In this document: positions 40,327 to 48,964 of the stretch, piece after piece | Numbering within the stretch: the stretch's first letter is position 1 | How the letters are laid out: each line of letters begins with the position of its first letter | Assembly (NCBI GenBank): GCA_963708075.1 | Contig: OY970194.1 | Coordinates: forward strand, 352,001 to 416,000 | DNA: 64,000 bases | Reading direction: 5' to 3' | Source of the DNA: Sedimentisphaerales bacterium | GTDB lineage: Bacteria; Planctomycetota; Phycisphaerae; Sedimentisphaerales; Anaerobacaceae | Program-made: the position numbers and the translations under genes | The notes under the pieces: generated by a model | Told to the model about the DNA's origin: nothing | Database searches by the model: none | What the model saw: only the letters and a program-made list of their open reading frames with translations

Positions 40327-43251
40327 ATGGAATGGTTGGCGACGCTCGTGTGGCCGTTTCTCCAGTGGCTCTGGCAAACCACCTTGATCGCAAGTCTCGT
40401 GATCTGTCTGATTCTGGTGGTGCAACGATCGCTCGGCCATAGACTCGGCCCGCGCTGGTCACACGCTCTGTGGCTGGTGTTATTGGTCCGCATGGCCGTG
40501 CCCTGGGCGCCTCAAAGCCGAATCAGTCTGCTCCATCTCTTGCCGTCATCGGTCCGGCAAGCCCAGCCGCCGGCGATGTCCACTCTCACTGAGCAAGACC
40601 CGGGTTTTCACTCGGCCGCTGTCTCTGACGCCGCCAAAACGGCGACACTGCAGGAGGCAACGCCCAGCCCATCCGTTCAGAAGGCGGCGCCTCCAAGACC
40701 ACGGACACTTGCCGAAGCTGAGCGGTCCCCGGGACCGCCGTTCCTGCCACTGGGTCGTATTCTGCCTCTGCTTTGGCTGGCCGGGGCGGCGCTCGTCGGC
40801 GCGTACCTTTTCGCCAGTCACTTTGCCCTCTGGCGGATTGTCAAGCGGGAACGTCCATTGGTCGATCAATCGACGCTGGAACTCTTCGAGGAGTGCAAGA
40901 CGCAGATGGGCATTCAGACCCTTGTCGCTGCGGTGCCAAGCGACCAGGTTGCGAGCCCTGCTCTTTTTGGATTCGTCCGCCCGCGTTTGCTCCTGCCCCG
41001 GCAGATGCTCGACACCGCCAGCCGGGACGAAATGCGATACGTCTTTCTCCATGAGCTGGCCCATCTGAGACGCCATGACATCTACCTTGCCTGGGTCGCG
41101 AGCTTGCTGCAGGTTCTGCACTGGTTCAACCCCCTGGTTTGGTTTGCCTTCCATCGCATGCGGATCGACAGGGAAATGGCCTGTGATGCCCTGGTGCTCG
41201 CATACACCGGAGAGCAGGAATCACAGGAGTATGGAAGGGCAATAGTAGCTCTCCTGCAGCGACTGTCCCGGTCACGGCCCCTGCCCGCCATGGCCGGAAT
41301 CCTTGAAACCAAATCCCAACTGAAAAGGAGGATAGCCATGATTGCACGGTTCAAGAACAACTCTTATCGCTGGTCGCCCCTGGCGGTTACCTTGGTTGTC
41401 GTGCTGAGTTGTGCCTCTCTGCCTGACGCCGGATCGCGAAAGGCCGCCCAGCCCTCCACAGCAAATCCAACGGGCGTGTCCGCGTCCCAGCCGGAGGAAA
41501 AGACGGACTTAGCGCCGGACAGGAATGCGTCTGTCGCGCCGCGGGTGACCGGTGTGTCTGCCACCGAAACGGCCTCTCTCGGCGGAGGACTCGTCGCACG
41601 CCGGGTTCTCACGGACGCCTCCGGCGTCGGTGAGGTCTTGACCGCGGATGGCAAGTACATCAGAGGTATAGACTGGGGCACGGGTGACGTGGTCCAGTTC
41701 GAAGTTGCCAGCAGTCAGACGAGTCGAATCACAAATGGGGGACCCTGGACTGGGAACGCCCTCCATGACCAAGCGTTCTCGCGCGACGGAAAACAAATCG
41801 TATACAACGTCGAAAGTTCCGACCCGAATACGAAGGACTGGCTCTATCAACTGCGGATTAGAAACCTGGATGGTTCGGGCCTTCGCACATTTTACAGCGA
41901 GAAAGACTCTTACGTTTATCCCTTGGACTGGTCGCCTGACGCAGGGTCCATCCTCGCATTTCGCCAAGGTAACAAGGTGAGTGAACTAACGCTGATCTCG
42001 ACATCGGATGGCTCGGTGCGCATCCTGGGGAATATTTCTATTCCTACGGGCTGGTTAAGGGCCGGTTTCTCGCCCGATGGGCGATTTGTCGCGTTCAGTT
42101 CCGTGGTGGGTGAGGGCAGTCGACACCAGGGCGAAGTTCGCCTGATGACCGCCGATGGCCGGAATGACGTCGTTGTTGCCGGACATCCCGCGGAGGATCG
42201 ACTGCTTGGATGGACGCCGGACGGGAGAATCCTTGTCTTCCTCAGCGACCGCTCGGGGACGTGGGACATCTGGACCGTCCACATTACCGATGGGAAGCAG
42301 CAAGGAGAACCAGAGCTGCTTAAAAAGGACTTCGGCTATTATTCTGAGGTCTTAGGCTTTGCACCCGACGGCTCCTGTTATTACAAGACTGTCACCCCTT
42401 TAGGTGGCCTCTATAACGGTGTGATCGACATTGAAACTGGTAAGGTACTCGAGCCACCCGCGCTGGTCACAACGCGATATACCGGTCCACCATCACAGCC
42501 AACATGGTCACCCGATGGCAGCAACTTGCTCTACATTTCACGTTGGGGCTTCGGTCCCGGAAAGGACATCCTCACCATCCGGTCCACTGCAACCGGAGAG
42601 GAGCGCCTACTGTCGGGTCTCGGTTTCGTTAACCAGATGTCATGGGCGCCAGACGGCCGTTCCGTTATCGCACTCGGGGGTGTGGGAATCATCCGAATTG
42701 ACACTGAGACAAGCGAGATCACTAAGTTGGCAGATGGAGGCCTTTTCCCCAAGCTCTGCCCTGATGGGAAGACCCTAGTGTTCGCGTCGGGGCCAATCAT
42801 CAGGAAACGCAACCTCGACACCGGTGAGGAGTCGGAAGTTGTCAACGAAGGGACAGGAGGGACAGCGCAATGGTTGTACGACCTCTCGCCGGACGGCCGG
42901 GAAGTGGTGTTCCAAGCGAAAAACGCTGTAAAGACTGTGTCCCTCAACGGAGGGGAGTCGCGGGAGCTATTTCGCGGTTTGACGCAGAATTTCTACTGGC
43001 TGAGATGGACGAGGGACGGCCGTTACATCATCGCCCAAGCACGCAATGCCGCGAGCAGTGAAATCTGGCGGCTTCCGGCGCAGGGCGGGACGCCGCTGAA
43101 GCTGGACCTCTCCGTTCCCAAAATGGAGTCCTTCACGCTTCACCCGGACAACCGCCACTTTGCGCTCACTGTCAATGAGGGGTCCAAGAGCGAGCTCTGG
43201 GTGCTGGAAAACTTCCTGCCGGCGGGCATGGGTGCAAAGGAGTCGCAATAG
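40327..43251 (+). CDS. BlaR1-type peptidase M56 sensor with TolB/PD40 beta-propeller C-terminus, copy 2
   Basis: PALFGFVRPRLLLP, HELAHLRRHD, REMACDA; SPDG repeats. Confidence 0.92.
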   Translation: MEWLATLVWPFLQWLWQTTLIASLVICLILVVQRSLGHRLGPRWSHALWLVLLVRMAVPWAPQSRISLLHLLPSSVRQAQPPAMSTLTEQDPGFHSAAVSDAAKTATLQEATPSPSVQKAAPPRPRTLAEAERSPGPPFLPLGRILPLLWLAGAALVGAYLFASHFALWRIVKRERPLVDQSTLELFEECKTQMGIQTLVAAVPSDQVASPALFGFVRPRLLLPRQMLDTASRDEMRYVFLHELAHLRRHDIYLAWVASLLQVLHWFNPLVWFAFHRMRIDREMACDALVLAYTGEQESQEYGRAIVALLQRLSRSRPLPAMAGILETKSQLKRRIAMIARFKNNSYRWSPLAVTLVVVLSCASLPDAGSRKAAQPSTANPTGVSASQPEEKTDLAPDRNASVAPRVTGVSATETASLGGGLVARRVLTDASGVGEVLTADGKYIRGIDWGTGDVVQFEVASSQTSRITNGGPWTGNALHDQAFSRDGKQIVYNVESSDPNTKDWLYQLRIRNLDGSGLRTFYSEKDSYVYPLDWSPDAGSILAFRQGNKVSELTLISTSDGSVRILGNISIPTGWLRAGFSPDGRFVAFSSVVGEGSRHQGEVRLMTADGRNDVVVAGHPAEDRLLGWTPDGRILVFLSDRSGTWDIWTVHITDGKQQGEPELLKKDFGYYSEVLGFAPDGSCYYKTVTPLGGLYNGVIDIETGKVLEPPALVTTRYTGPPSQPTWSPDGSNLLYISRWGFGPGKDILTIRSTATGEERLLSGLGFVNQMSWAPDGRSVIALGGVGIIRIDTETSEITKLADGGLFPKLCPDGKTLVFASGPIIRKRNLDTGEESEVVNEGTGGTAQWLYDLSPDGREVVFQAKNAVKTVSLNGGESRELFRGLTQNFYWLRWTRDGRYIIAQARNAASSEIWRLPAQGGTPLKLDLSVPKMESFTLHPDNRHFALTVNEGSKSELWVLENFLPAGMGAKESQ

Positions 43252-43314
43252 CCCCACAACCCATCCGACGCACGACACGGACTTGGGCACAAGATATGAG
43301 AAGAGGAAACGGCT

Positions 43315-43506
43315 ATGGACCAACGGCTGAGAACAATCCAGGAGCGCCTACCGCCCGATATGCCAACCTTCAATGGCCAGGGGGATCTCCTGCTGATTGG
43401 GTTGCTGTGCGGGCTGTCGGTTTTGCTTATTCTGCTGTGGCTGATGGCGGTGTGGCGGTACACACGCACTGCTATGTTGCAGCGGCAATGGCGTCCCGGA
43501 GATTGA
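43315..43506 (+). CDS. Possible small single-pass membrane protein
   Basis: GAGGAA RBS; one hydrophobic helix followed by basic residues; overlaps the hisA 3' end by 35 bp. Confidence 0.4.
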   Translation: MDQRLRTIQERLPPDMPTFNGQGDLLLIGLLCGLSVLLILLWLMAVWRYTRTAMLQRQWRPGD

Positions 43507-44230
43507 GGGTGCCTTCGTAGAGGCTTCGGCCGACGATGACGCCGGCGACGCCGATGGGCTTGAGCTTACGGATGTCGTCGGCTTCTTTCACGCCGCCGGA
43601 GGCGATGACGGGCGTTTTGACCGCCTTGACCAGGGCGTGGGTCCTCTCGATGTTCGGGCCGGAGAGCATGCCGTCTTTGCTGATGTCGGTGTAGATGATG
43701 GCCGCCAGGGGCAACTCATCGGCTTGAGCGGCAAATTCGAGCAGGGTCTGCGTGCTGCCTTCGATCCAGCCGTGCGTGGCCACTGTGTCGCCGCGGGCGT
43801 CGAGGCCCAGGACCAGTCGGCCGTGAAACTTTCGTGCCATCCGGCTGAACCACTCGAAATCACTCACGGCCTTGGTGCCGATGATAACGCGGGTAACGCC
43901 CAGGTCCAGCAACTGGCGAATCGACGCTTCATCGCGGATGCCGCCCCCGACCTCGATCTGTAGCCAAGCCGCCCCCGGCTGGGAACCAGAAGTCCCCCCC
44001 GAGGGCGGGGGGGCTACATGGGCAATCGCGGAGATTGTCTTCGTATTGACGGGCCGGCCCGCCTTGGCGCCGTCAAGGTCCACGATATGCAGCCACGCGG
44101 CCCCGTCGGCATGGAATTCCCGGGCCTGCTCGACCGGGTCGTCCTTATACGTGATCTGCCGGTCGTACTGACCCTGGATCAGCCGCACGCATTTGCCGTC
44201 TATCAGATCAATGGCGGGGATAATGTCCAT
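43472..44230 (-). CDS. hisA: Phosphoribosylformimino-5-aminoimidazole carboxamide ribotide isomerase, with a 20-codon palindromic insertion
   Basis: IIPAIDL, CVRLIQG, HIVDLDGA, EVGGGIR, YTDISKDG, IASGGV. Confidence 0.96.
   Translation of the reverse strand: MDIIPAIDLIDGKCVRLIQGQYDRQITYKDDPVEQAREFHADGAAWLHIVDLDGAKAGRPVNTKTISAIAHVAPPPSGGTSGSQPGAAWLQIEVGGGIRDEASIRQLLDLGVTRVIIGTKAVSDFEWFSRMARKFHGRLVLGLDARGDTVATHGWIEGSTQTLLEFAAQADELPLAAIIYTDISKDGMLSGPNIERTHALVKAVKTPVIASGGVKEADDIRKLKPIGVAGVIVGRSLYEGTLNLRDAIAAAT
43959..44018. repeat. 60-bp REP-like doublet inserted in frame in hisA
   Basis: TGTAGCCAAGCCGCCCCCGGCTG ... CCCCCCGAGGGCGGGGGGGCTACA; related intergenic copy at 63170-63221. Confidence 0.85.
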
Positions 44231-44243
44231 TCGTGCCCTTCGC

Positions 44244-44316
44244 AATTGACTATTTACCATTTACGATTTACGATTTAGCCTCGAATGATAAATCGTAAAT
44301 CGTAAATGGTAAATGG
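44244..44316. repeat. Heptamer (ATTTACG) inverted hairpin between divergent hisA and nucleoside hydrolase
   Basis: ATTTACCATTTACGATTTACGATTTA ... TAAATCGTAAATCGTAAATGGTAAAT. Confidence 0.85.
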
Positions 44317-44335
44317 CAAAAGCTGGAGGCCGATT

Positions 44336-45358
44336 ATGACCATGCGATCTTACTACTCTACCAGGTTTCTCCTGTTGGCTCTTCTGGCCGTTGTGGTGAA
44401 TCTCGGACTCGCCCGCCGGGTCGAATCCGCGGTCCCATTGCCCGTCATCCTCGATACGGACCTCTGCGATGACATCGACGACACCTGGGCGATCGCGGCG
44501 ATGCTTCAGTCGCCGGAGCTGGACTGCAAGCTGATCACGACGGCGGTCGGCAACACAGAGGCTAAAGCAAAGGTCGTGGCCAAATACCTGCAGCGGGTCG
44601 GCCGGACGAAGATCGCCGTGGGCATCGGTGTCAAGCAGGGCGATGGTGTTCACCGGCATACCTCCTGGGCTCAGGAGTATGACTTGGCGTCCTATCCGGG
44701 CAAAGTCCACAGGGACGGCGTACAGGCGATCATCGACACGATCATGAACTCACCCACCCGCATCACGCTCATTGCGATCGGTCCATTGCCGAACGTGGCG
44801 GAGGCCCTGAAACGCGAGCCCCGGATCGCCGAAAAGGCCGATTTTGTCGGCATGCACGGCAGCGTCTATCGGGGCTACGGCAGCGAGAAACCCGACGCCG
44901 AGTACAACGTGAAGGCGGATGTCGAGGCGGCCAAGAAGGTCTTCACGGCCCCGTGGCCGATGACGATCACGCCCCTGGACACCTGCGGTCTCGTCGTCGT
45001 CGATGGCGACAAGTACCAGAAGGTGCTCAAGAAGAATAGTCCCATTACGACCAATCTGATCGAGAACTATCGGATATGGTACAAGGCCGGCTTGAAGGAC
45101 CGCAAGGACCTCGACGAGGCGGGCCTCAACCGCCTCGTGGACGAGAAGATCAACAACAGCAGCTCGACGCTGTTCGACACTGTGGCGATTTACCTGGCCG
45201 TCAGCAGACAACTGGTCGAAATGGAAAAACTGCCCATTCGCATCACCGATGACGGCTTCACACGCGTCGAGAATGGGGCCAAGATGGTCAACTGTGCGGT
45301 GAAGTGGAAGGACCTGGACGGCTACGAAAGCTGGCTTGTGGAGCGGCTCACGAAGTAA
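44336..45358 (+). CDS. Exported nucleoside hydrolase (IU-NH family)
   Basis: Signal peptide-like N-terminus; VILDTDLCDDIDD, IGPLPNVA, AEYNV, PLD. Confidence 0.88.
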   Translation: MTMRSYYSTRFLLLALLAVVVNLGLARRVESAVPLPVILDTDLCDDIDDTWAIAAMLQSPELDCKLITTAVGNTEAKAKVVAKYLQRVGRTKIAVGIGVKQGDGVHRHTSWAQEYDLASYPGKVHRDGVQAIIDTIMNSPTRITLIAIGPLPNVAEALKREPRIAEKADFVGMHGSVYRGYGSEKPDAEYNVKADVEAAKKVFTAPWPMTITPLDTCGLVVVDGDKYQKVLKKNSPITTNLIENYRIWYKAGLKDRKDLDEAGLNRLVDEKINNSSSTLFDTVAIYLAVSRQLVEMEKLPIRITDDGFTRVENGAKMVNCAVKWKDLDGYESWLVERLTK

Positions 45359-45373
45359 TTCCGAATTGTGACT

Positions 45374-45452
45374 GGGTGCCATGCTTACGCTTGCGTAAGC
45401 ATGCCTTGCCCATCGAAGCAGACATGTCTACGCGAGCGTAGACATGTCACCC
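45374..45452. repeat. REP-like doublet, GGGTGCCATG family
   Basis: GGGTGCCATGCTTACGCTTGCGTAAGCATG ... CATGTCTACGCGAGCGTAGACATGTCACCC. Confidence 0.85.
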
Positions 45453-45495
45453 GCTCAGTGGCCGGCACGACAAGTTTGTAGCAGGAGAGGCAAGT

Positions 45496-46419
45496 ATCGG
45501 CGGCGAAGACGTCAAAATCGTAGTTGTCGGCAGTTCCAACATGGACCTGGTCGTCAAGTCCGCGCGGATTCCGGTGCCGGGCGAGACGATCCTGGGCGGG
45601 GACTTTTTCATGGTCCCCGGCGGCAAGGGCGCGAACCAGGCGGTGGCTGCCGCCCGGCTCGGGGCGCGCGTGTGCTTCGTGACCCGGCTCGGCGACGATC
45701 TTTTCGGCCGCAAGTCCCTGGAGAACTTCCAGCGAGAGGGTCTGGACACAAGATTCGTGACGCTGACTTCGCACACGCCGTCCGGCGTGGCACTCATCAC
45801 CGTAGATGAGATCGGCAACAACGCCATCGTCGTGGCGCCCGGGGCCAACGCGAAGCTCTCGCCCGAGGACGTGTACCGGGCAGAAGCGGAGATCCGCTCG
45901 GCCGGCGCTGTGGTCGTGCAGCTCGAAGTGCCCATGATGACGGTGCAATGCGCTGCGGAACTGGCCAACGAGGCCGGCGTGCCGTTCATTCTGAATCCCG
46001 CTCCGGCACAGAAGCTTTGCCCGGCGCTGCTGGCCCGAGTGGAAGTGCTCACGCCGAATGAGACGGAAGCCCAGATCCTCACCGGCATCGAGGTCACCGA
46101 CAATGATTCGGCCCGCAAGGCCGCCGAACGGTTGTTGACCACTGGCGTCAAGGCGGTCATCCTGACAATGGGCGTCAAGGGATTCCTGCTGGCCGCCGCC
46201 GACATGATGGAGTTCGTCCCGGCGTTGAAGGTCAAGGCGATCGACGCAACCGCGGCGGGCGATGCCTTTACGGGCAGCCTGGCGGTCAGTGTGGCCCAGG
46301 GCCGGCCGCTCCGCGACGCGGCCGCGTTTGCCAACCGCGTTGCCGCCTTGTGCGTGACCAGAATGGGCGCCCAGCCGTCGATGCCCACGAGAGAAGAGGT
46401 CGAGGAGTTCGCTGCGTAA
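45496..46419 (+). CDS. rbsK: Ribokinase (start codon non-canonical or uncertain)
   Basis: KIVVVGSSNMD, PGGKGANQAVAAARLG, PNETEA, DATAAGDAF. Confidence 0.93.
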   Translation: MGGEDVKIVVVGSSNMDLVVKSARIPVPGETILGGDFFMVPGGKGANQAVAAARLGARVCFVTRLGDDLFGRKSLENFQREGLDTRFVTLTSHTPSGVALITVDEIGNNAIVVAPGANAKLSPEDVYRAEAEIRSAGAVVVQLEVPMMTVQCAAELANEAGVPFILNPAPAQKLCPALLARVEVLTPNETEAQILTGIEVTDNDSARKAAERLLTTGVKAVILTMGVKGFLLAAADMMEFVPALKVKAIDATAAGDAFTGSLAVSVAQGRPLRDAAAFANRVAALCVTRMGAQPSMPTREEVEEFAA

Positions 46420-46444
46420 ACAGGTGTGGTTCGAGGAGAATGTA

Positions 46445-47428
46445 ATGAGTCATAGAAAGACATGGATCTGTCGCGTTTTCATGGTATTCGCGGTTCTGGG
46501 CTTGGTCCTCGCCTGTGGCTGTCGCGAAAAAACAGGTGTGCAGGGCAATGCGAAGAAACCAACCATCGTTCTCATGATGAAGTCCCTGGCCAACGAATTC
46601 TTCAAGACGATGGAAGAGGGGGCCAGGGCCCACCACGCGCAGCACGCGGGTGAGTACAACCTGAAAGTGGTGGGCATGAAGAACGAGACGGACGTCGCCG
46701 AGCAGATCACCAATATGGAGTTGATCGTGGCGCAGGGGGCGGATGCCATCGTCATTGCGCCCGCTGATTCCAAGGCTCTGGTCTCCGTCTGCAAGCGCGC
46801 CATGGACGCCGGCATCGTCGTGGTCAATATCGACAACAAGTTCGATCAAAGTGTACTCGAGGACAAGGACGCGAAGATTCCTTTCGTCGGTCCGGACAAC
46901 CGCAAGGGGGCGAGACTGGCCGGCGTGTATCTGGCCAAGAAACTGCAGGCGGGCGATAAAGTCGCCATCATCGAGGGCGCCCCGAACGCCTTCAACGGCA
47001 TTCAGCGAAAGCTCGGCTTCGAGGACGCCATGAGTGCCGCAGGCATGAACATCGTCAGCTCCCAGACGGGCTACTGGGAGACGGACAAGGCCCTGCCGGT
47101 CGCCTCGGCGATGGTCAACGAGCACCCGGACCTCAAGGCGATCCTCTGTGCCAATGACAGCATGGCCCTCGGGGCCGTGGCGTCCGTGCACGAGGCGGGC
47201 AAGCAGGAGAGCATCCACGTGGTCGGCTTCGACAACATCGCGGCCGTGCAGCGGCTGCTCAAAGAGGGCAGGATTCTCTGCACGGTGGACCAGCATGCCG
47301 ATAAGCTCGCCTTGTTCGGCATCGAATATGCCCTGGAGATGCTCAAAGGCAACGCTCAACCCGCCGACAAGGAGACACCGGTCGATCTGATTACGGCGGA
47401 GATGCTCCAGACGCCCACGCAGAAATGA
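46445..47428 (+). CDS. rbsB: Ribose/sugar ABC transporter substrate-binding lipoprotein
   Basis: Lipobox LACG-C; KSLANEFF, VGPDN, CANDSMALGA, VGFD. Confidence 0.88.
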   Translation: MSHRKTWICRVFMVFAVLGLVLACGCREKTGVQGNAKKPTIVLMMKSLANEFFKTMEEGARAHHAQHAGEYNLKVVGMKNETDVAEQITNMELIVAQGADAIVIAPADSKALVSVCKRAMDAGIVVVNIDNKFDQSVLEDKDAKIPFVGPDNRKGARLAGVYLAKKLQAGDKVAIIEGAPNAFNGIQRKLGFEDAMSAAGMNIVSSQTGYWETDKALPVASAMVNEHPDLKAILCANDSMALGAVASVHEAGKQESIHVVGFDNIAAVQRLLKEGRILCTVDQHADKLALFGIEYALEMLKGNAQPADKETPVDLITAEMLQTPTQK

Positions 47429-48945
47429 TGACAGAGCCCACGACTGACAAGCTGCTCGTTGCGACCGGGATCGATAAGGCCTTTCCGGGCGTGCAGGCGC
47501 TGTCGGGCGTCGATTTCGAGCTTCGCGCGGGCGAGGTCCATGCCCTTGTCGGCGAGAACGGGGCGGGCAAGAGCACGCTGACCCGGATCATCGCGGGAGT
47601 GGAGACGGCCGACGCGGGACAGATGCTCCTGGCGGGCCGGCCTTATCAGCCGAGGTCGCGGACGCACGCGGAGGTCCACGGCGTCCGCATGGTCATGCAG
47701 GAATTGAATCTGATCGGTAACCTGACCGTCGCGGAGAATATCTTTATCGAGAGGCTTCCAAACCGGCTCGGATTCATCAACTATGAGAAACTCCACCAGG
47801 CGGCGCGGGACGTGATGGCGAAGGTTGGCCTGGAGGGGGTGGACCCGGCCACGCCCGTACGGTCGCTCGGCGTCGGCCGTCAGCAGATGGTCGAGATCGC
47901 CGCGGGACTGTCTCGCCGGTGCCGGGTACTTGCCCTCGATGAGCCCACGGCCTCGCTGACGGACAGCGAGGTATCCCTGCTGTTTTCCCAGATTCGCCGG
48001 CTCAAGGCCGAGGGCGTCGGCATCCTCTACATCTCGCACCGCATTGAAGAGGTGCTGAGCATCGCCGACCGCGTGACCATCCTGCGGGATGGCAGGGTCG
48101 TGGCGACGCATTCGAGCCGGGACGTCGATGCGGACGCGGTGATTCGCATGATGGTCGGCCGGGACCTGCAGCGCGAGCACCTGGCGCCGTCCGGCGGGGC
48201 GGGCAAGCCGGCCCTGCGCGTCGTGGGGCTCACCCGTGGCGACAAGGTCCGGGACGTCTCCTTCGAGGCCCGCTGTGGCGAGATCCTGGGCATCGCCGGG
48301 CTCATGGGGTCCGGCCGAACGGAAACAATGCGAGCGATCTTCGGCGCCGATAAGCCCGAATCCGGCGCCATCTACCTGCACGGCAGCGATCGGCCCGCCC
48401 GCATTCGAAAGCCGAGCGATGCTGTCCGCAACCGCATTGCTCTGCTGACCGAGGACCGCAAGGAGCAGGGGCTGTTTCTCACCTTGCCCGTGCGAGCGAA
48501 CATCTCCATCGCCAGGCTCTGCAGTATAAGCCGGCTTGGCTGGATCAAGCGTTCCTGTGAGCGGCAGGTGGCCCGCCGGTACATCGATTCGCTGGGGATC
48601 AGGGCGTGGTCCGCCGAACAGCCCGTCGGCCAGCTCAGCGGCGGGAATCAGCAGAAGGTCGTCATCGCCAAATGGTTGTTCCGCGACTGCGACATCCTCA
48701 TTTTCGACGAGCCGACCCGCGGCATCGACGTCGGGGCCAAATTCGAGATCTACCGAATGCTGGCCGAGCTCGCCGGCAGGGGCAAAGCCATCCTTTTCGT
48801 CTCCTCCGACCTCAAGGAGCTCATGGCGGTCTGCAACCGGGTTCTCGTCATGTCCGCCGGCCGGGTCGCCGGGACTTTCGAGCGGGGCCAGTGGACGGAA
48901 GAGGCCATCACCGCCTCCGCGTTCAGCGGGTACATCAAGGGCTGA
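47425..48945 (+). CDS. rbsA: Ribose/sugar ABC transporter ATP-binding protein (two domains)
   Basis: GENGAGKST, LDEPT, LSGGNQQK, DEPTRGIDVGAK. Confidence 0.93.
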   Translation: MMTEPTTDKLLVATGIDKAFPGVQALSGVDFELRAGEVHALVGENGAGKSTLTRIIAGVETADAGQMLLAGRPYQPRSRTHAEVHGVRMVMQELNLIGNLTVAENIFIERLPNRLGFINYEKLHQAARDVMAKVGLEGVDPATPVRSLGVGRQQMVEIAAGLSRRCRVLALDEPTASLTDSEVSLLFSQIRRLKAEGVGILYISHRIEEVLSIADRVTILRDGRVVATHSSRDVDADAVIRMMVGRDLQREHLAPSGGAGKPALRVVGLTRGDKVRDVSFEARCGEILGIAGLMGSGRTETMRAIFGADKPESGAIYLHGSDRPARIRKPSDAVRNRIALLTEDRKEQGLFLTLPVRANISIARLCSISRLGWIKRSCERQVARRYIDSLGIRAWSAEQPVGQLSGGNQQKVVIAKWLFRDCDILIFDEPTRGIDVGAKFEIYRMLAELAGRGKAILFVSSDLKELMAVCNRVLVMSAGRVAGTFERGQWTEEAITASAFSGYIKG

Positions 48946-48964
48946 AGAAGGGAAAGGGCATCGC

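Noticed and set aside
36545..43251. Diversity-generating retroelement explanation for the paired M56 genes
   Set aside because: No reverse transcriptase in the window; differences include indels and all base types rather than adenine-specific changes.
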